A stretch of 64,000 bases of DNA from positions 163,122,001-163,186,000 of the forward strand of contig OX597814.1 in NCBI GenBank assembly GCA_951406725.2. The letters are read 5' to 3'. The notes below the pieces were generated by a model. The model saw only the letters and a program-made list of their open reading frames with translations. It made no database searches and was not told the origin of the DNA. Below are positions 24,869 to 37,964 of the stretch, piece after piece. Position 1 is the stretch's first letter, and each line of letters begins with the position of its first letter. This stretch comes from Octopus vulgaris (lineage: Eukaryota). The position numbers and the translations under genes are program-made.

Positions 24869-24978
24869 ATTGTTGTTGTCGTCGTCGTTGTCGTTGTCGC
24901 TGTAGTTGTTGTTGTTGTTGTTGTTGTTGTTGTTGCTGTAGTTGTTTTTGTTGTTGTTGTTGTTGTTATTATTATTAT
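24797..24978. repeat. Compound (TTA)n/(TTG)n microsatellite
   Basis: Directly visible between the two R4/Dong-like copies. Confidence 0.95.
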
Positions 24979-27146
24979 CATTCAGTAGTCTTATTTTTAT
25001 AACGTGCTTTCACTGCACTACCGAGCGCAGCTCTGTGTGCCTTGCGTATGTGCTGTGGTTTGCTGTGATGTTCTTATGGTTACTGTATTGAAAGTGTTTT
25101 ACGTAGAATGTGTGCGGTCCCTAGTAGTGCTATTTTCTGTATGTTAGATATATTTGTTAGTCCTAGTGGTTTTTTTTTATGTATTTGTCTGAATATTTTT
25201 TTATCATACCTAATACGCCCATTGTTTCTGTTTTTAGACTCTACATCCGAGTTACCTCGATTTCCAGCTCTTTGTATTTTGAAAGTTTCTCCATTTCTTT
25301 TAGGGAAACGTTGTCATCTGTTGGTACTGATACATCAGTTAGAAAGCATTTTTTTTCTTGATGATCTCTGACAACTATATCTGGCCTACTGGCCTTAATT
25401 TCTCTATCTGTATGTATTGGCATATCCCATAGTATTGTTGCTTTCTCATTTTCTGTGACCTTTTCTGGCGTGTGCCTATACCATCTTTTTTTTTTATTTA
25501 TTATTTCATAGTATTGGTATAGCTTCCAGTGTATGTAGCTACCAACTTTGTTGTGTCTGTGAATATATTCCTTCTTAGCCAGGACTGAGCAGCCAGAGAC
25601 AATATGATTTATTGTTTCACATATTCTACAGTTACTTATGTTTCTTTTGGTAATTATATGCTTTTGGTAATTTCTGGTGGGGAAGCTTTCACCTTGTGCT
25701 GCAATAAAAATTCCTACAGTCTTTGCTTTGAGTCCTGAGCTTCTCAGCCATTGTTGAGATTTTGCTTTGTCTATTTCTTTTGCGTTTAGTTTAATACAGT
25801 ATTTACCATGAAGGGGCTTTTCTTGCTATCGTTTTGTCATGATCCGTTGCTGTTCTAGTTTTTGTTTGGATTTCATTTGTTTTACAGCTTTTGTTGTTTC
25901 TTCTTGTTCTTCATAGTCGTTAGGTAATGTGACTTCTTGCTTGTATTTGTCATCTTCCTTAAAGACTGAAAAACAACTTTTTGCTTTGTTCGTGTTTTGT
26001 GGCTATTTGTATTAGTTTTCCTTGCTTCTGAAGTAGGTATTTCTGTAGTCCTATGGTAGTTATTTTGCAATAGTTTTCTGGCTCTATAAGGCCTCTACCA
26101 CCTTCTATCGTTGTATATATAATCTTTCTATGTCAGATTTTGGGTGGTGCATCCTAAATCTTGTCATTATTTTTATTGTTTTCCTGTCTATTTTGATTAG
26201 TTCATGTAGTGTCCAGTTAAGGATATTGTAGCTGTAACTTACAACTGGGACGGCTAAAGTGTTGATACTTATTACCTTGTTTTTCGCATTGAACTCTGTT
26301 TTCAGTATTAATGTAACTCGTCTATAGTATTCTTTTTTTATTTGCTCTTTCATTTGTGTGTGTTGTATCGTATCTAGTTCATTGATTCCTAAATATTTGT
26401 ATGTCTGGGTTTGGTCTAATTCTCTTATTTCATTTGCATTATCTATTGTGATGTTGCTAAGAAAAAAGACTCCGCCGGTTACGACGACGAGGGTCCCAGC
26501 TGATACGATCAACGGAACAGCTTGCTCGTGAAATTAACGTGCAAATGGCTGAGCATTCCACAGACACGTGTACCCTTAATGTAGTTCTCGGGGATAATCA
26601 GCGTGACACAGAGAGTGACAAGGCTGACCCTTTGAAATACAAGTACAACTCATTTTTGCCAGCTGAGTGGACTGGAGCAACGTGAAATAAAGTGTCTTGC
26701 TCAAGGACACAACGCGTCGCCGGGAATCGAACTCACAACCTTACGATCATGAGCCGAATGCCCTAACCACTAAGCCACGCGCCCTCACTGTGATGTTGCT
26801 ACTCTTAACTAGTCTTCCTCTTTTCAAGGTTGCTTTGGCACATTTTTCTAAGCCAAATTTCATATTTATTTGGTAAATCCATGTACTGTCTGTTGTAATA
26901 TTTCCAGCTGTTTATCATTTGTAGCGTACAGTTTTAGGTCATTCGTATATAAGAGGTGGCTGATTGTTTTGCCATAACAGTTGTATCCGCATCCAGTTCT
27001 GTTTAGCATGTCAGATAAAGGTGTCAGTGCCAAGCAGAAAAGTAGTAGAGAGAGCGTGTCTTTCTAGAATATTCCTCTTCTAATGGGGATGGCTTTGGTT
27101 TTTATGAGTTCCTGTTTTGTTTGGAGCTGAAACGCTGTCTGCCATT
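24979..27146 (-). mobile_element. R4/Dong-clade LINE (RT C-terminus + restriction-like endonuclease), decayed
   Basis: YKYLGINE, INTLAVPVVSYS, HHPKSDIERLY, and RPDIVVRD..CFLTDVSVP..EKLSKYKEL (PD-D/E RLE). Confidence 0.87.
26460..26788 (-). mobile_element. tRNA-derived CORE-type SINE with a 13-bp TSD, nested in the R4/Dong element
   Basis: TGTGATGTTGCTA at 26447-26459 and 26789-26801; tRNA head and GTGTCCTTGAGCAAGACACTTTA core; paralogues at 34600-34770 and 63680-63985. Confidence 0.88.
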
Positions 27147-27239
27147 TATTCATGGAATGCTTTGTATATTATGGTAGTTATTTTGTAATAGTTTTCTAGC
27201 TGTATAAGGCCTCTACCACATTCTATCGTTGTATATATC

Positions 27240-27760
27240 CTTAGCGAAAGCGAACTTACCGCATTTTCTAACTTCTTTCCGTATAGCTCCAATAATTGTT
27301 TTTGTTGTAGTTGTTGTAGAAGTTGCTTCTGCAATTCCTGTTGCTGTTCTTGTTGTTGCTTTTGCAACTGAATTATAGAAGCTAATAAGTCTTCCATCAT
27401 TTAACAAGTTGTATCACGAACAAATTGTTAAATAACCTATGTGAGCTTCGAAACCCTCGTTGCTAGATGTCGTATCCTCCGTCTCCATTGTCATTGTACC
27501 GCCACGATATTATGACGGATGGTCTTGACACACTGTACTAGTGAAGTAACAGTAAACAAGATAACGATGCAGCCGTAATAACAACGCAACGATCCAACAA
27601 TCTCTTCATGAACCAGCAATCAATATTCCAAACGAACTAACCAACTGACATCTTCCAACTTCACTGTGAACTCAACTTGAACTAACACACAAACTTCACT
27701 CCAATCGCTACTATTTATAATCGCTCGGTCCAGTCTATTTCTCGCAAGGGACTCTCATCA
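27240..27760 (-). mobile_element. Gypsy-like LTR relic (LTR end, degenerate PBS, gag start)
   Basis: On minus: ...ACGACA-tc-TAGCAACGAGG (PBS-like TGGCGACGAGG), then a Gln-rich MMEDLLASIIQLQKQQQEQ ORF. Confidence 0.55.
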
Positions 27761-27769
27761 CAACATCAC

Positions 27770-28760
27770 TCGATATTAGCCAAGTATTCGATCGTGTCTG
27801 GTACGAAAATCTACCAAAGTTTTCTGCTTATAGGCTTCCTCTTTCATTCCTCTCTTTAATTGATAGCTTTCTCTTTAACTGCACTTTTACAAAGTGTACT
27901 GACAGAGTTCTCCATGACCAACATACCACCAACTTGGGCGTGTTTTAAGGTCTGCTTTTGTTCCCCACACTTTTTCGCCAATACATTACTAACTTATTTG
28001 CCGTTATCATTAACAACGCCAACTATTACGTAAATAAACCCATTTAAATGTCCTTGACATGCCACCTAAACATTTCATGCCAGATTTGTGCTGACTCTAT
28101 AAGTAGAGACCTCAAAAACTTCCTTTAATAGAGTTAAGCAAATCTTTTTTCCTTCACCGAACAACAATACAATCCAGTACACACATATACAAACTATTAT
28201 TGTACCCCGTTACGGTCTTAAATAGAGGACAATATTCAATTAAACCCGCAAAAATTGCTAAAATGTTTTACTATGACTGAGAGTCTCTCCTCGAGAACAT
28301 GAATAAGAGTGCATTACAAAAACTGTCCTCCTCCTTCTTCAGAACCTGAAACTATTTCTGATCCCAACTATTGAGAAGCCTCTCAAGCTCATGTGCCTGC
28401 AAACATTACTCGCAAATCTGGAATGTTGTGGCTGCTGCTACAGAAAAGATATTTTAAGGCGAATCCAAAGGAAGACCATCAAGTTGATTGGTATGAATTT
28501 CTTACCACACACCCCAGCCGCTGACCTACGAATGTGCTGTCTTCTCTCATTCTACCTTCTCAGTTGCTACCACAGTAACATCTTCTTGGAATTGGCTAGT
28601 CTCTTTTCATCTCCATTCAGACAATCCTGACCCATTCGTCTCTTTTCCATCACCCATATTGTGACCACCCCAAGCCACAACTCTGGAAGTCCATTCTTGC
28701 TCATATTTTCTTTTTTTACAATCGTCAACTAGCAATTGTCCAAAATGAACATCAGCCGTG
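27770..28760 (+). mobile_element. Old CR1/L2-like LINE RT relic
   Basis: LDISQVFDRVWYENL (LDISKAFDRVWH motif) and RRIQRKTIKLI; many disablements. Confidence 0.6.
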
Positions 28761-31284
28761 TGTGTCTGTGTTCTCGATCTCAGAGCGTTTGTGAAAGTTT
28801 TGGAAACATCCCCTTTCTCTCCAAAATTTTTTTTTTAAATGCATTAAGAGGGCAGGGTGTCGATGCAGGTGCCAAAATGTAGGCGTATTTCTCTAAAAAG
28901 GGAATGCTGGGGCAAAAGCTATTGTATAGTTTCAATGCGTCCTCTGCTCACACCGATTAGTTATGTAAGAATCACAGAGTACTCATTCAAAACCCCACTT
29001 GCACCAATAGCATTTAAGAATATATAGCAGTACTGTGACGTCTGTAATACAAAAGGGCTTCATATTATCCGCCAACTCAAGTCCAACTCAAAATAAAAGA
29101 AGTGAGCTTATGTCGACGTGCCGACACATGCCAGAATGCCTTCTCATAAAAGGCAAAACAAACTGCGGGATAGCAATTCACTTCAAAGACCCCTGTGTGA
29201 AAGCGAAGTGAACGCATTTTAAAGCGTTATTATGCATACAGTCGACCTAATGGTCGAACAAAATGGTAATATGCACTTCTGTTTACTTTGCATGACAAAC
29301 ATATATATCAGAGTGTACATACTTTAAATACAATACAGTTCTGAGCACTTTTATGCTCTATATCACAAGATAAACAAAAGCAACAACAATAACATAAGTA
29401 TAAGTGTGTGTGTGTGTATGTACTAACGATATAGATTGATAGACAGGCAGACAGATAGATAGGTAGATGTATATTTTGTGTTTGCGCGCGCGCATCTGGA
29501 TTTTGTAAAGTAATATGCGACTTAAAATTCCCTGATTTGATCTTTCGGATACTCACTAATACTAAGTAGAGTGACTTTAGCTGGCTTAATGGTAATTTAT
29601 TTTTATTACAATCGTAATCTCGCCAAATCACGTGGTTTGATGCGGGACTATTATCTTTGCCTGTAGGCTTTTAGGTCATTAAGACAGATCGTTAATCAGT
29701 TTTCAAGGACGTAATCTTATATTTTGAAAAACATTAAGAAAGTAATACATTGCTAGAAAAAAATTTTATGACAGTGGGTTTCATATTTACCTGGATGTAT
29801 TTATTATATCGTGCAGTATCTGAGTTCAAATCTCACTGGGACCAACTTTGCTTTGCAGCTTTTTAGGGTTGATAAAATAAAGTACCAGTCAAATACTAGT
29901 GTCAGTGGTGTCGATTAACCTCCTCCTCTCAAAACTGTTGACCTTCTGTCTAAATCCGAAACCATTATTTGTCGTGCATGTGGCAGAATCGTTAGCACGC
30001 TGGACAAAAATGCTTAGCGGCATTTCGTTCGCCTTTACGTTCTGAGTTCAAATACCACTGGGGTGGACTAAAACCTGTTGTCCTTATAGTTGGGCAGTGA
30101 GGATAAGGTAATCAACTAGCCCCCCACCCCCACCCATCCGCTCCTCTCATAACATTTCAGCCTTCTGCCAATAGAAAAGATTATTTGTCTTGAAGTGTTT
30201 ATTCCTGTTTGTGCTCAGGGTTCAAAACGCACCTGCATTGACAACATCCAAGATGGTTAAATTTAATACTAATAGAATAGTGATTCAGGCGATTATTTAC
30301 CATATATTAACAAATTTGCATGCAAAACGTGCTCACATAAGACGATCATACTTGTTCAGCTTTTGTCGTGAGCTGTACACCGTCCAAGACAGATTGGAAT
30401 TCTTTTTCAGGCGCGTCAATCAAAGTCTTAATTTTTTTTCTTTCCTATGTCGATTCTTCTGTAATGTGATACTCCGCTGCAATATGTTGTCTCCAGCACT
30501 GGCTGTCAGACTGACAAACACAAGTAACCCTACCACCAAACTATCAATAAAATTTTTTTTTTACTGTTTTTTCCCTTTTAATGAGAAAACAAAAAAGCTG
30601 TTGCATCCATGTAATTCTGGAAACCATTTTAATTGTTCAAATGATCCGATTACTAAGGAAGATTAAGTACGTCATCCCGTTTCAGATCAATCAACTGACT
30701 CAACAATCCGTTTACCTATTCGGATCTTCCGAACTAATCAGCCAGAGTACCTACATTGTCAACAGACGTGCTTACATCATTACCTTTCGGATCAGTTAGC
30801 GACTTAGACTGATACTTCTAGTCATATAGTAGATAATTTCCTAAAGAAGAACTTACCGGCTGATCATTAGCTACACTAGCTCGACAACTATGAGGAGAGA
30901 CAACTAAATCAGAGAAACATAGTTGTCCTGTTTGTAGCCAGAATTTTCCACCAATGGCGCAAAGCCCCCCTTTTTATGCATGCATGTTTTCCTCTGTATA
31001 TGCATACATATAGGCACGCAAACAAACTTACATTCAAGCATGTATGCATACACGCATATCTATATATAGAATTGATGTATAAACATAAAAAACACATTCA
31101 TGATAATTAAGGGCTCAATTGATAACACACTGTAATAATATATTCCATTGAAACAGCTGTAGAGTATAATTTAACGATGAACTTTATGTGAAATCTATGC
31201 TTCTCTACCTTATATTCTAAATACATATATAATAAATTTGATTTTGCTTCAGTTTTGTGTTCCTCCCATACCCTGGGTGCTTCG

Positions 31285-31352
<68 letters not shown>

Positions 31353-32198
31353 CGCGCACAAACGCACACATACGCACATACATATATACATATACTTGTA
31401 GATGAATGTATAATATAACACATATAACTACACACATAACTTAGTTCTAGAACTAAGTGTTGATCTTTATCACGATGGCATTCTCTCTTTAGAATCTCTT
31501 TGTAACAATCATATTTTCTGTAAAGCACTTTATTTTGTTGATGAATTTCCTTGCTGTGGAAACTGAAGCTTCATATCACGTGTACTGTTTATAATGATCA
31601 ATAAAGTTTATCACTACTACATTGTAGTTTTGGCACAAGGCCAGCATCACTATATTGTCATATCAATCAGCAGAAATAGTTGATAAGATCATTACTATAT
31701 ATTATTCTGCAATTTTGTTCATAATGGCCTGAATTTACAATCTCTATGTCACTTATATCAGATTATATTTCTGTTCGTCAGTTTTACAAACCACGGCCAA
31801 ATGTGGGTACTTCTATGCGGACGTTCGACCTGCTATAAAATACTGTCGAAATTTCCATCAAATCACACCCGATGGATCTTTTCAATCTCAGTCACAAATT
31901 TTTTAATTAATTTTTTTTTTTTTAGCTAAACAGTTTGAAACATCGGATAATGGTTAAATGTGTCAGGTAGAACACGGTTTACTCTTAACGTTTTTGACAA
32001 AATTTTGTATTTTAGAAGTTATTTCGTGTTAAAGTTGTCGTATTTGGGTAACTTTAACCAATCAATGACGTGTATTCAGCTGAAGAAAGTTACTGCTGTT
32101 TGTGAAAGTAATGGAAGAGCAACAACACACGGCTCATCGGGTCATCTATTTTGGATGCTGAATACATATATGTACGTAAATACACAGACACATGTATA

Positions 32199-32241
<43 letters not shown>

Positions 32242-32688
32242 ACACACACACACACACACACACACTGACACAGACACAGACATATACACACACACATACA
32301 CACACACAGGATCAGTATGGTCTGTACTAGAATATTTTAGTAGAATCCGAAATACCAACCTACATCCTAGGTATCGAACCTGAATCACTATGTTCAGATG
32401 AAAAAATAAGTAAATAACACAAATAGGATTCTTTCAAAGAGTGACGCTCTCGATAAGAAAAAGAAATTGCCAAACATTAGCCACTAACTCATATATATAT
32501 AGCTTGTTTATCGGCTAATTAGCCAGTGGCTGTAAGGTAACTAAGATCAACGGCTGCAGGAATTTATGGCACTCAACTGTGACGACGACAACGATGACGA
32601 CGGCGAAAACGACAGCGACGACGACGGCGACGGCGGCGGCGGTGACTTCAGTCCACTCAATGACAGCGAATGTCATTGTTGGCGCATA

Positions 32689-33189
32689 CCGTAAATCATC
32701 GACTATATTCCGCATTTTTCCCCCCAAAATTTAAAGGTCAAAATCCCTAGTGCGAGGTTAAAAATGAAAAATATTTTCTAAGCAATGTCCGAGTCTCTAT
32801 TTGCTGTCCGGCAATGTTTATTCAAACGCATTTTGTGATGTTGGGCGCGAAAATACCTTAAGCTAAGCCTGAAAGCAATGAAATCATAAAAGAATCATCC
32901 ATAACTTGCAGTAAGCAATAATTATTAAACGTTATTACTGTTATTTCTTTATTTTCTGCAAACAAAATGCACAAAAAACTACATGTTTGCATTATGTTAT
33001 ATATACAATAATAATAAAGGACGTTACTGTATACATTTTTACAAACCAAGGACGTTATATAGACCTCCTTGACTCAAATTAGAGAAGGGGTGCGTATTAT
33101 ACACAAGGTTTAGGTTTTTCAGAGGTACAGCCCCCTAAAAATCCCCTGCGTACTATACTCAAGGGCAGACTATACTCGAGGATTTACGG
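32689..33189. mobile_element. Tc2/pogo-like MITE, TA TSD
   Basis: TA|CCGTAAATCATCGACTATA ... TATACTCGAGGATTTACGG|TA. Confidence 0.85.
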
Positions 33190-33239
33190 TATATCTCTCA
33201 CGAACGCACACAAACTGATTCACTTGACTTGATAGTCTC

Positions 33240-33700
33240 CATTCGACAGTAAGGGCATCATTTATATCCATTGGGTTCCCTCTGGCCAGACGGTCAACAC
33301 AGAATACTTTGTGGGGGTTGTGAGGGAGTTCGGGAAAAGATTTCGTCAAAAAAAGGCCAGAACACCTTCACCAGGACAGTGCGCTAGTTCACATTTCCAT
33401 TCTGATAACGAAATACTTGCCAGAGATAAGCATCAAAAGTGTCCTGCACCTTCTCTACAGTCCAAACCTTGTTCTCTGTGACTTTTGGTTGTTTCCTAAG
33501 TGAAGCAGAAGATAAAAGAGCTTGTGACAAGAGTCTTGCATACTTTCACTATGGGGGACTTTCATAAGGCTTTCGCATAACCGCTACAACAAATGCATTG
33601 AAGTCAAGGGATCCTACTTTGAAGGAGATTAGGTTTTTTTTTACATCTTTGAAATTAAGAAAATGTCTCTCCTGAAAAAAATCTCAAAACATCTGGAATG
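33240..33700 (+). mobile_element. mariner transposase relic
   Basis: FDSKGIIYIHWVPSGQTVNTEY, HQDSA..H, YSPNLVLCDFWLFPK. Confidence 0.85.
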
Positions 33701-35470
33701 CACATTATATATGTATGTGTATATGTTATATTTCGGGACGGTCATTCTTTCTTTTTTTTTTTGCCAAATAAACACACGCACTCGTTTATCATTGTTCTTA
33801 TTTTAATTTATTTCCATTATCTGGAAATCTTTTGTCACATATCTGTGATCTCTTCTGCGACTCTTCCATCCACGTGTATATACGTATGCGCGCGTGCCTG
33901 TGTGCATATATCTATAGTCAATATTTAAAAAAAAACGGAGAAAGACAAAGAAAAATACAAATGAACGTGTGGACGTAGCACAAGCAATGTATTAATAAGA
34001 CGCCCAGAGAAGGAAAAGAGTAGTAGTTTTACGTTTCGAGCATAGTTCTTCTTCGGAAACAGGAAAAACAGGAAAATCCAAGACGAAGGGGGAAAAAAGT
34101 CGCCAACAATCACATGTGGTTACATTTCTAAAGTGACCGGAAATAGAAGGAATGAAGAGAAAGTGCTTTCTGGAACAGGAGAGTGTGAAGATAGTCACTA
34201 TGTGTGTGTGTGTGTGTGTGTGTGGTAGCGTGCGATGTGTGTGTGTGTAGCAGCATGTGTGTGTATGGTAGTGTGTGTGTGTGTGGCAGTAACCGTATGT
34301 ATGTGGTAGCGTGTGTGCGTGCGGTGGTAACTGTGTGTGCGGTATTAACTGTGAACATGTTGGTCACGGTTGAAACGGCTGCTTGAACAGGACTACATTA
34401 TACAATAAACTACATTATACAGTAGGGTGTGATATGAGGAAGATTTGGTGGTTACTGCTGGTAGAATCAAAATATCAGACAGATTCTTCCTTAAAAGTTG
34501 CAGCTGGCCGGGTCTTTACGGTCGTCAACAAATCGATCCAATAATCAAAAATTTGTTGTTCCAGCATGGGGTAATTAAATAAGATAGCTATATATGGAAG
34601 CACTCCGTCGGTTACGACGACGAGGGTTCCGGTTGATCAACGGAACAGCCTGCTCGTGAAATTAACGTGTAAGTGGCTGAGCACTCCACAGACACGTGTA
34701 CCCTTAACGTAATTCTCGGGGATATTCAGCGTGACACAGGGAGTGACAAGGCCGGCCCTTTGAAATACAGGTACAACAGAAACAGGAAGTAAGAGTGAGA
34801 GAAAGTTGTGGTGAAAGAGTACAGCAGGGATCACCACCATTCCCTGCCGGAGCCTCGTGGAGCTTTAGGTGTTTTCGCTCAATAAACACTCACAACGCCC
34901 GGTCTGGGAATCGAAACCACGATCCTATGACCGCGAGTCCGCTGCCCTAACCACTGGGCCATTGCGCCTCCACTATAGCTATATACTCACACATATTAAC
35001 TCACACAAGATAGCTATATACTCACACATATTAACAGAGAAAATTGTATTACAACAAATAGTGTTGATAACGATGATGATGATGAGGAGGAGGTGGAGGA
35101 GATAGTCCTGGTGGTGGTGGTGGTGACGATGATGATGATGTTGATGATAAAGGCAATAAAATAATGAGTGCGGTGGTATGAAGAAGGATGAAGTATAAGC
35201 GGTTACAATGATGTGAGTCGTTTACAAACTGGAAGATAATGATGCTAAAATTGTGTGGAGGTGTTCTCCAGGGATCTAACAGGTGAACTGAACTGGACAA
35301 ACCAACACCGACGCATTCGACCGTATTCATGCATATGCATGAGTGGGTGGGTGTGTGGGTGTGCGCGCATGTATTCGTATGCGTATGTCTGTATTTTTAT
35401 TAGCACGTTCTGGTGTATATGTGCATGTATATTTTTATATACATACATGTGTAATAATATATGTATATAC

Positions 35471-35528
<58 letters not shown>

Positions 35529-36224
35529 ATATATATATGGATATGTACGTATGTATGTATACAAGCACACAATTATACGTACATGTAAACACACATAGGC
35601 ACATACAAGCACACACGCACATATACACAAAGTAAAGTACAGTTATTCCCCACACATACATACATACACACAAACACTACATATACATACGCGCGCACAC
35701 ACATACTTCAAACTACCAGTATCTTCCACTGACCATTCTCCTACGCACATGTCTAGGTAGACACACAACAGGAGCCACTCCTACTAAAACTTCTTCCTAT
35801 GACCTTAAACGATACTAAGCCCAACCACACACATAGATTAACAGCCACAACCACACACATACACAGATATATGTGCTATCATTACACACACACACACATA
35901 CATACACACACACATGCGCGCACGCACATACCCACACATACACACACATACCTCCTCTTGCACTCTCTTGTCTTTGAAAGAATTTTTTCTTCACCCATTC
36001 CCTTCGGGTCATTCAATGTGTGACCGCGTGTGTATCGTTGGCGATTTTTTTCCTCCGTCTTCTCTCCTTTGGATCTTTCCTTTTCCTATGTTTCTGACGA
36101 AGAGCTCCGCTCGAAACGTTAAATCCTCTTTCTTTGTTTCCTTTCCTGAGCGTCCAATAACACTATACTTGTTCCACGTCCTCGCATTGTTGTGTTTTCT
36201 CTTTGTGTTTTCATGTTTGGATCA

Positions 36225-36266
<42 letters not shown>

Positions 36267-36661
36267 CGTGACCGACCAGGCTATCAGACGTTGCTACACA
36301 TCGCTGGTCACAATTGTTTTAACCTTCAAATGACGCCACCCCGCTGGCTAAGCGAGCAGGCCAACAGAAGAAAGAGTGAGAGAAAGTTGTGGCGAAAGAG
36401 TGCTGCTGGGATCGCCACCACCCCCTGCCGGAGCCGCGAGGAGCTTTAGGTATTTTCGCTCAATAAACACTCACAACGAATCGAAACCGCGATCCTACAA
36501 TCGCGAGTCCGCTGTCCTAACCACTGGGCCATTGCGCCGGAAGAATTGATGTAGGCTTTAATGATAAACTGCGATAGGTGAACTGCAATACGGCGAGGGA
36601 TTACTGTATGTACGCATATCTGTATATATAAATACACACACATACATACACACACACACAT

Positions 36662-37195
36662 AATAATGAAGGCGGTTTCAGTCTGGGAAGTTAGATGACT
36701 AGATGTTAGGGATGATGTGGTCGCAGAAATTGTCTGACAGCCATGACTGGGTTCTCCTGCTTGTGTGGCATGGTGTAGAGTCTTGTTGCCATACATAGGG
36801 TCTTCCAGCAGCCACCCTCTTGAACCAAGGCAGCATTACCTTCTCCAGGAAAGATGAATGGAGGCATAAAATCGCCATCACTAGTGATCACTCCAAAGAC
36901 CTTGATGTTGGCTGGATGTTTGATTTTTATCACTCTTGGTACATGCACTGTCCTCAGATTGACACCAAAACACTCTGAAATGTTCGTATTGGAGCTTCTT
37001 TCGCGAATGCCAAGCAGTACAGCATGTCGTTTCCAAATTTCTGGCAGAGTAAATTAGGTCATGGGGCTGTTTTTCTCACAGATGGTGCCCAACTGATCCT
37101 ACTATACTGTGTCGTCGACATAATCATAAACAAACAATGCGCATGCGCGAAATTAAAAATATAAAATGGAGATAATTTACCCATCGCACCATGTA
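36662..37195 (-). mobile_element. Tc1/mariner-superfamily (maT/DD37D-like) deletion derivative
   Basis: VFGVITSDGDFMPPFIF and PYVWQQDSTPCHTSRRTQSWL. Confidence 0.75.
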
Positions 37196-37688
37196 TATAT
37201 ACACACATACATGCAACTAGTAATGGAGAATACACACTCGTGTACGAATGTGGAATGCACATCCATTGCATAATTGCAAGTTTATCCATTCAAACACTTA
37301 TGTACTCATACATACATACATACATACATACATACATACATACATACATACATACATACGTACGTACGTAAGTACGTAGTTTCCCTCGGGTTACACGGTA
37401 CCCGGTTTACACGGTTTCGTCTTAGCACGGATTTAGTTTTTGGCGGATCACTTCTTTGTCCGGTTTACGTGTAGACACACACCAGTTCGTTTCCGTGTCA
37501 GCTTTTTTTTTCCTTTCGTTTTCCTTTTATTTCTCTTCATCGATAGTGTAGTTGTTCACTCTCTAAACTATTATTTAAGCTAGAAATATTTTCTTTATAT
37601 CATATATAACAAAATAACTCATATAACAAAATATTTCGTTTTGGGATTTGGCTTGCAAGATTCTTTATGTGAGTTCGTGTGTTGAAGC

Positions 37689-37964
37689 ATATTTTGTTGT
37701 GTTTGGGGAGAGTCATTCTCTTTTAGTGCCTTATAATTTAACACACTCACCGGTAAAATTTCCCCTAATTTCGTTTTTATTTTTCTAAAATTTTCGTTGC
37801 GCCTTGCAACTTTTTCAATAGTTTTGAGTCAAAACTGCTGAAAAGGTTGCAAGACGCAACGAAAATTTTAGAAAAATAAAAACGAAATAAGTGGAAATTT
37901 TACCGGTGAGTGTGTTAAATTATAAGGCACTAAAAGAGAATGACTTCTCCCCAAATACAAAATA
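37689..37964. repeat. ~276-bp near-perfect fold-back palindrome; single-arm paralogue at 56034-56168
   Basis: Arms pair around TTTTGA-G-TCAAAA (centre 37828). Confidence 0.92.

Noticed and set aside
26700-26788. tRNA-like sequences (also at 20080-20152, 34900-34972, 53315-53385)
   Set aside because: SINE heads: no complete acceptor stem and continuous with SINE bodies.
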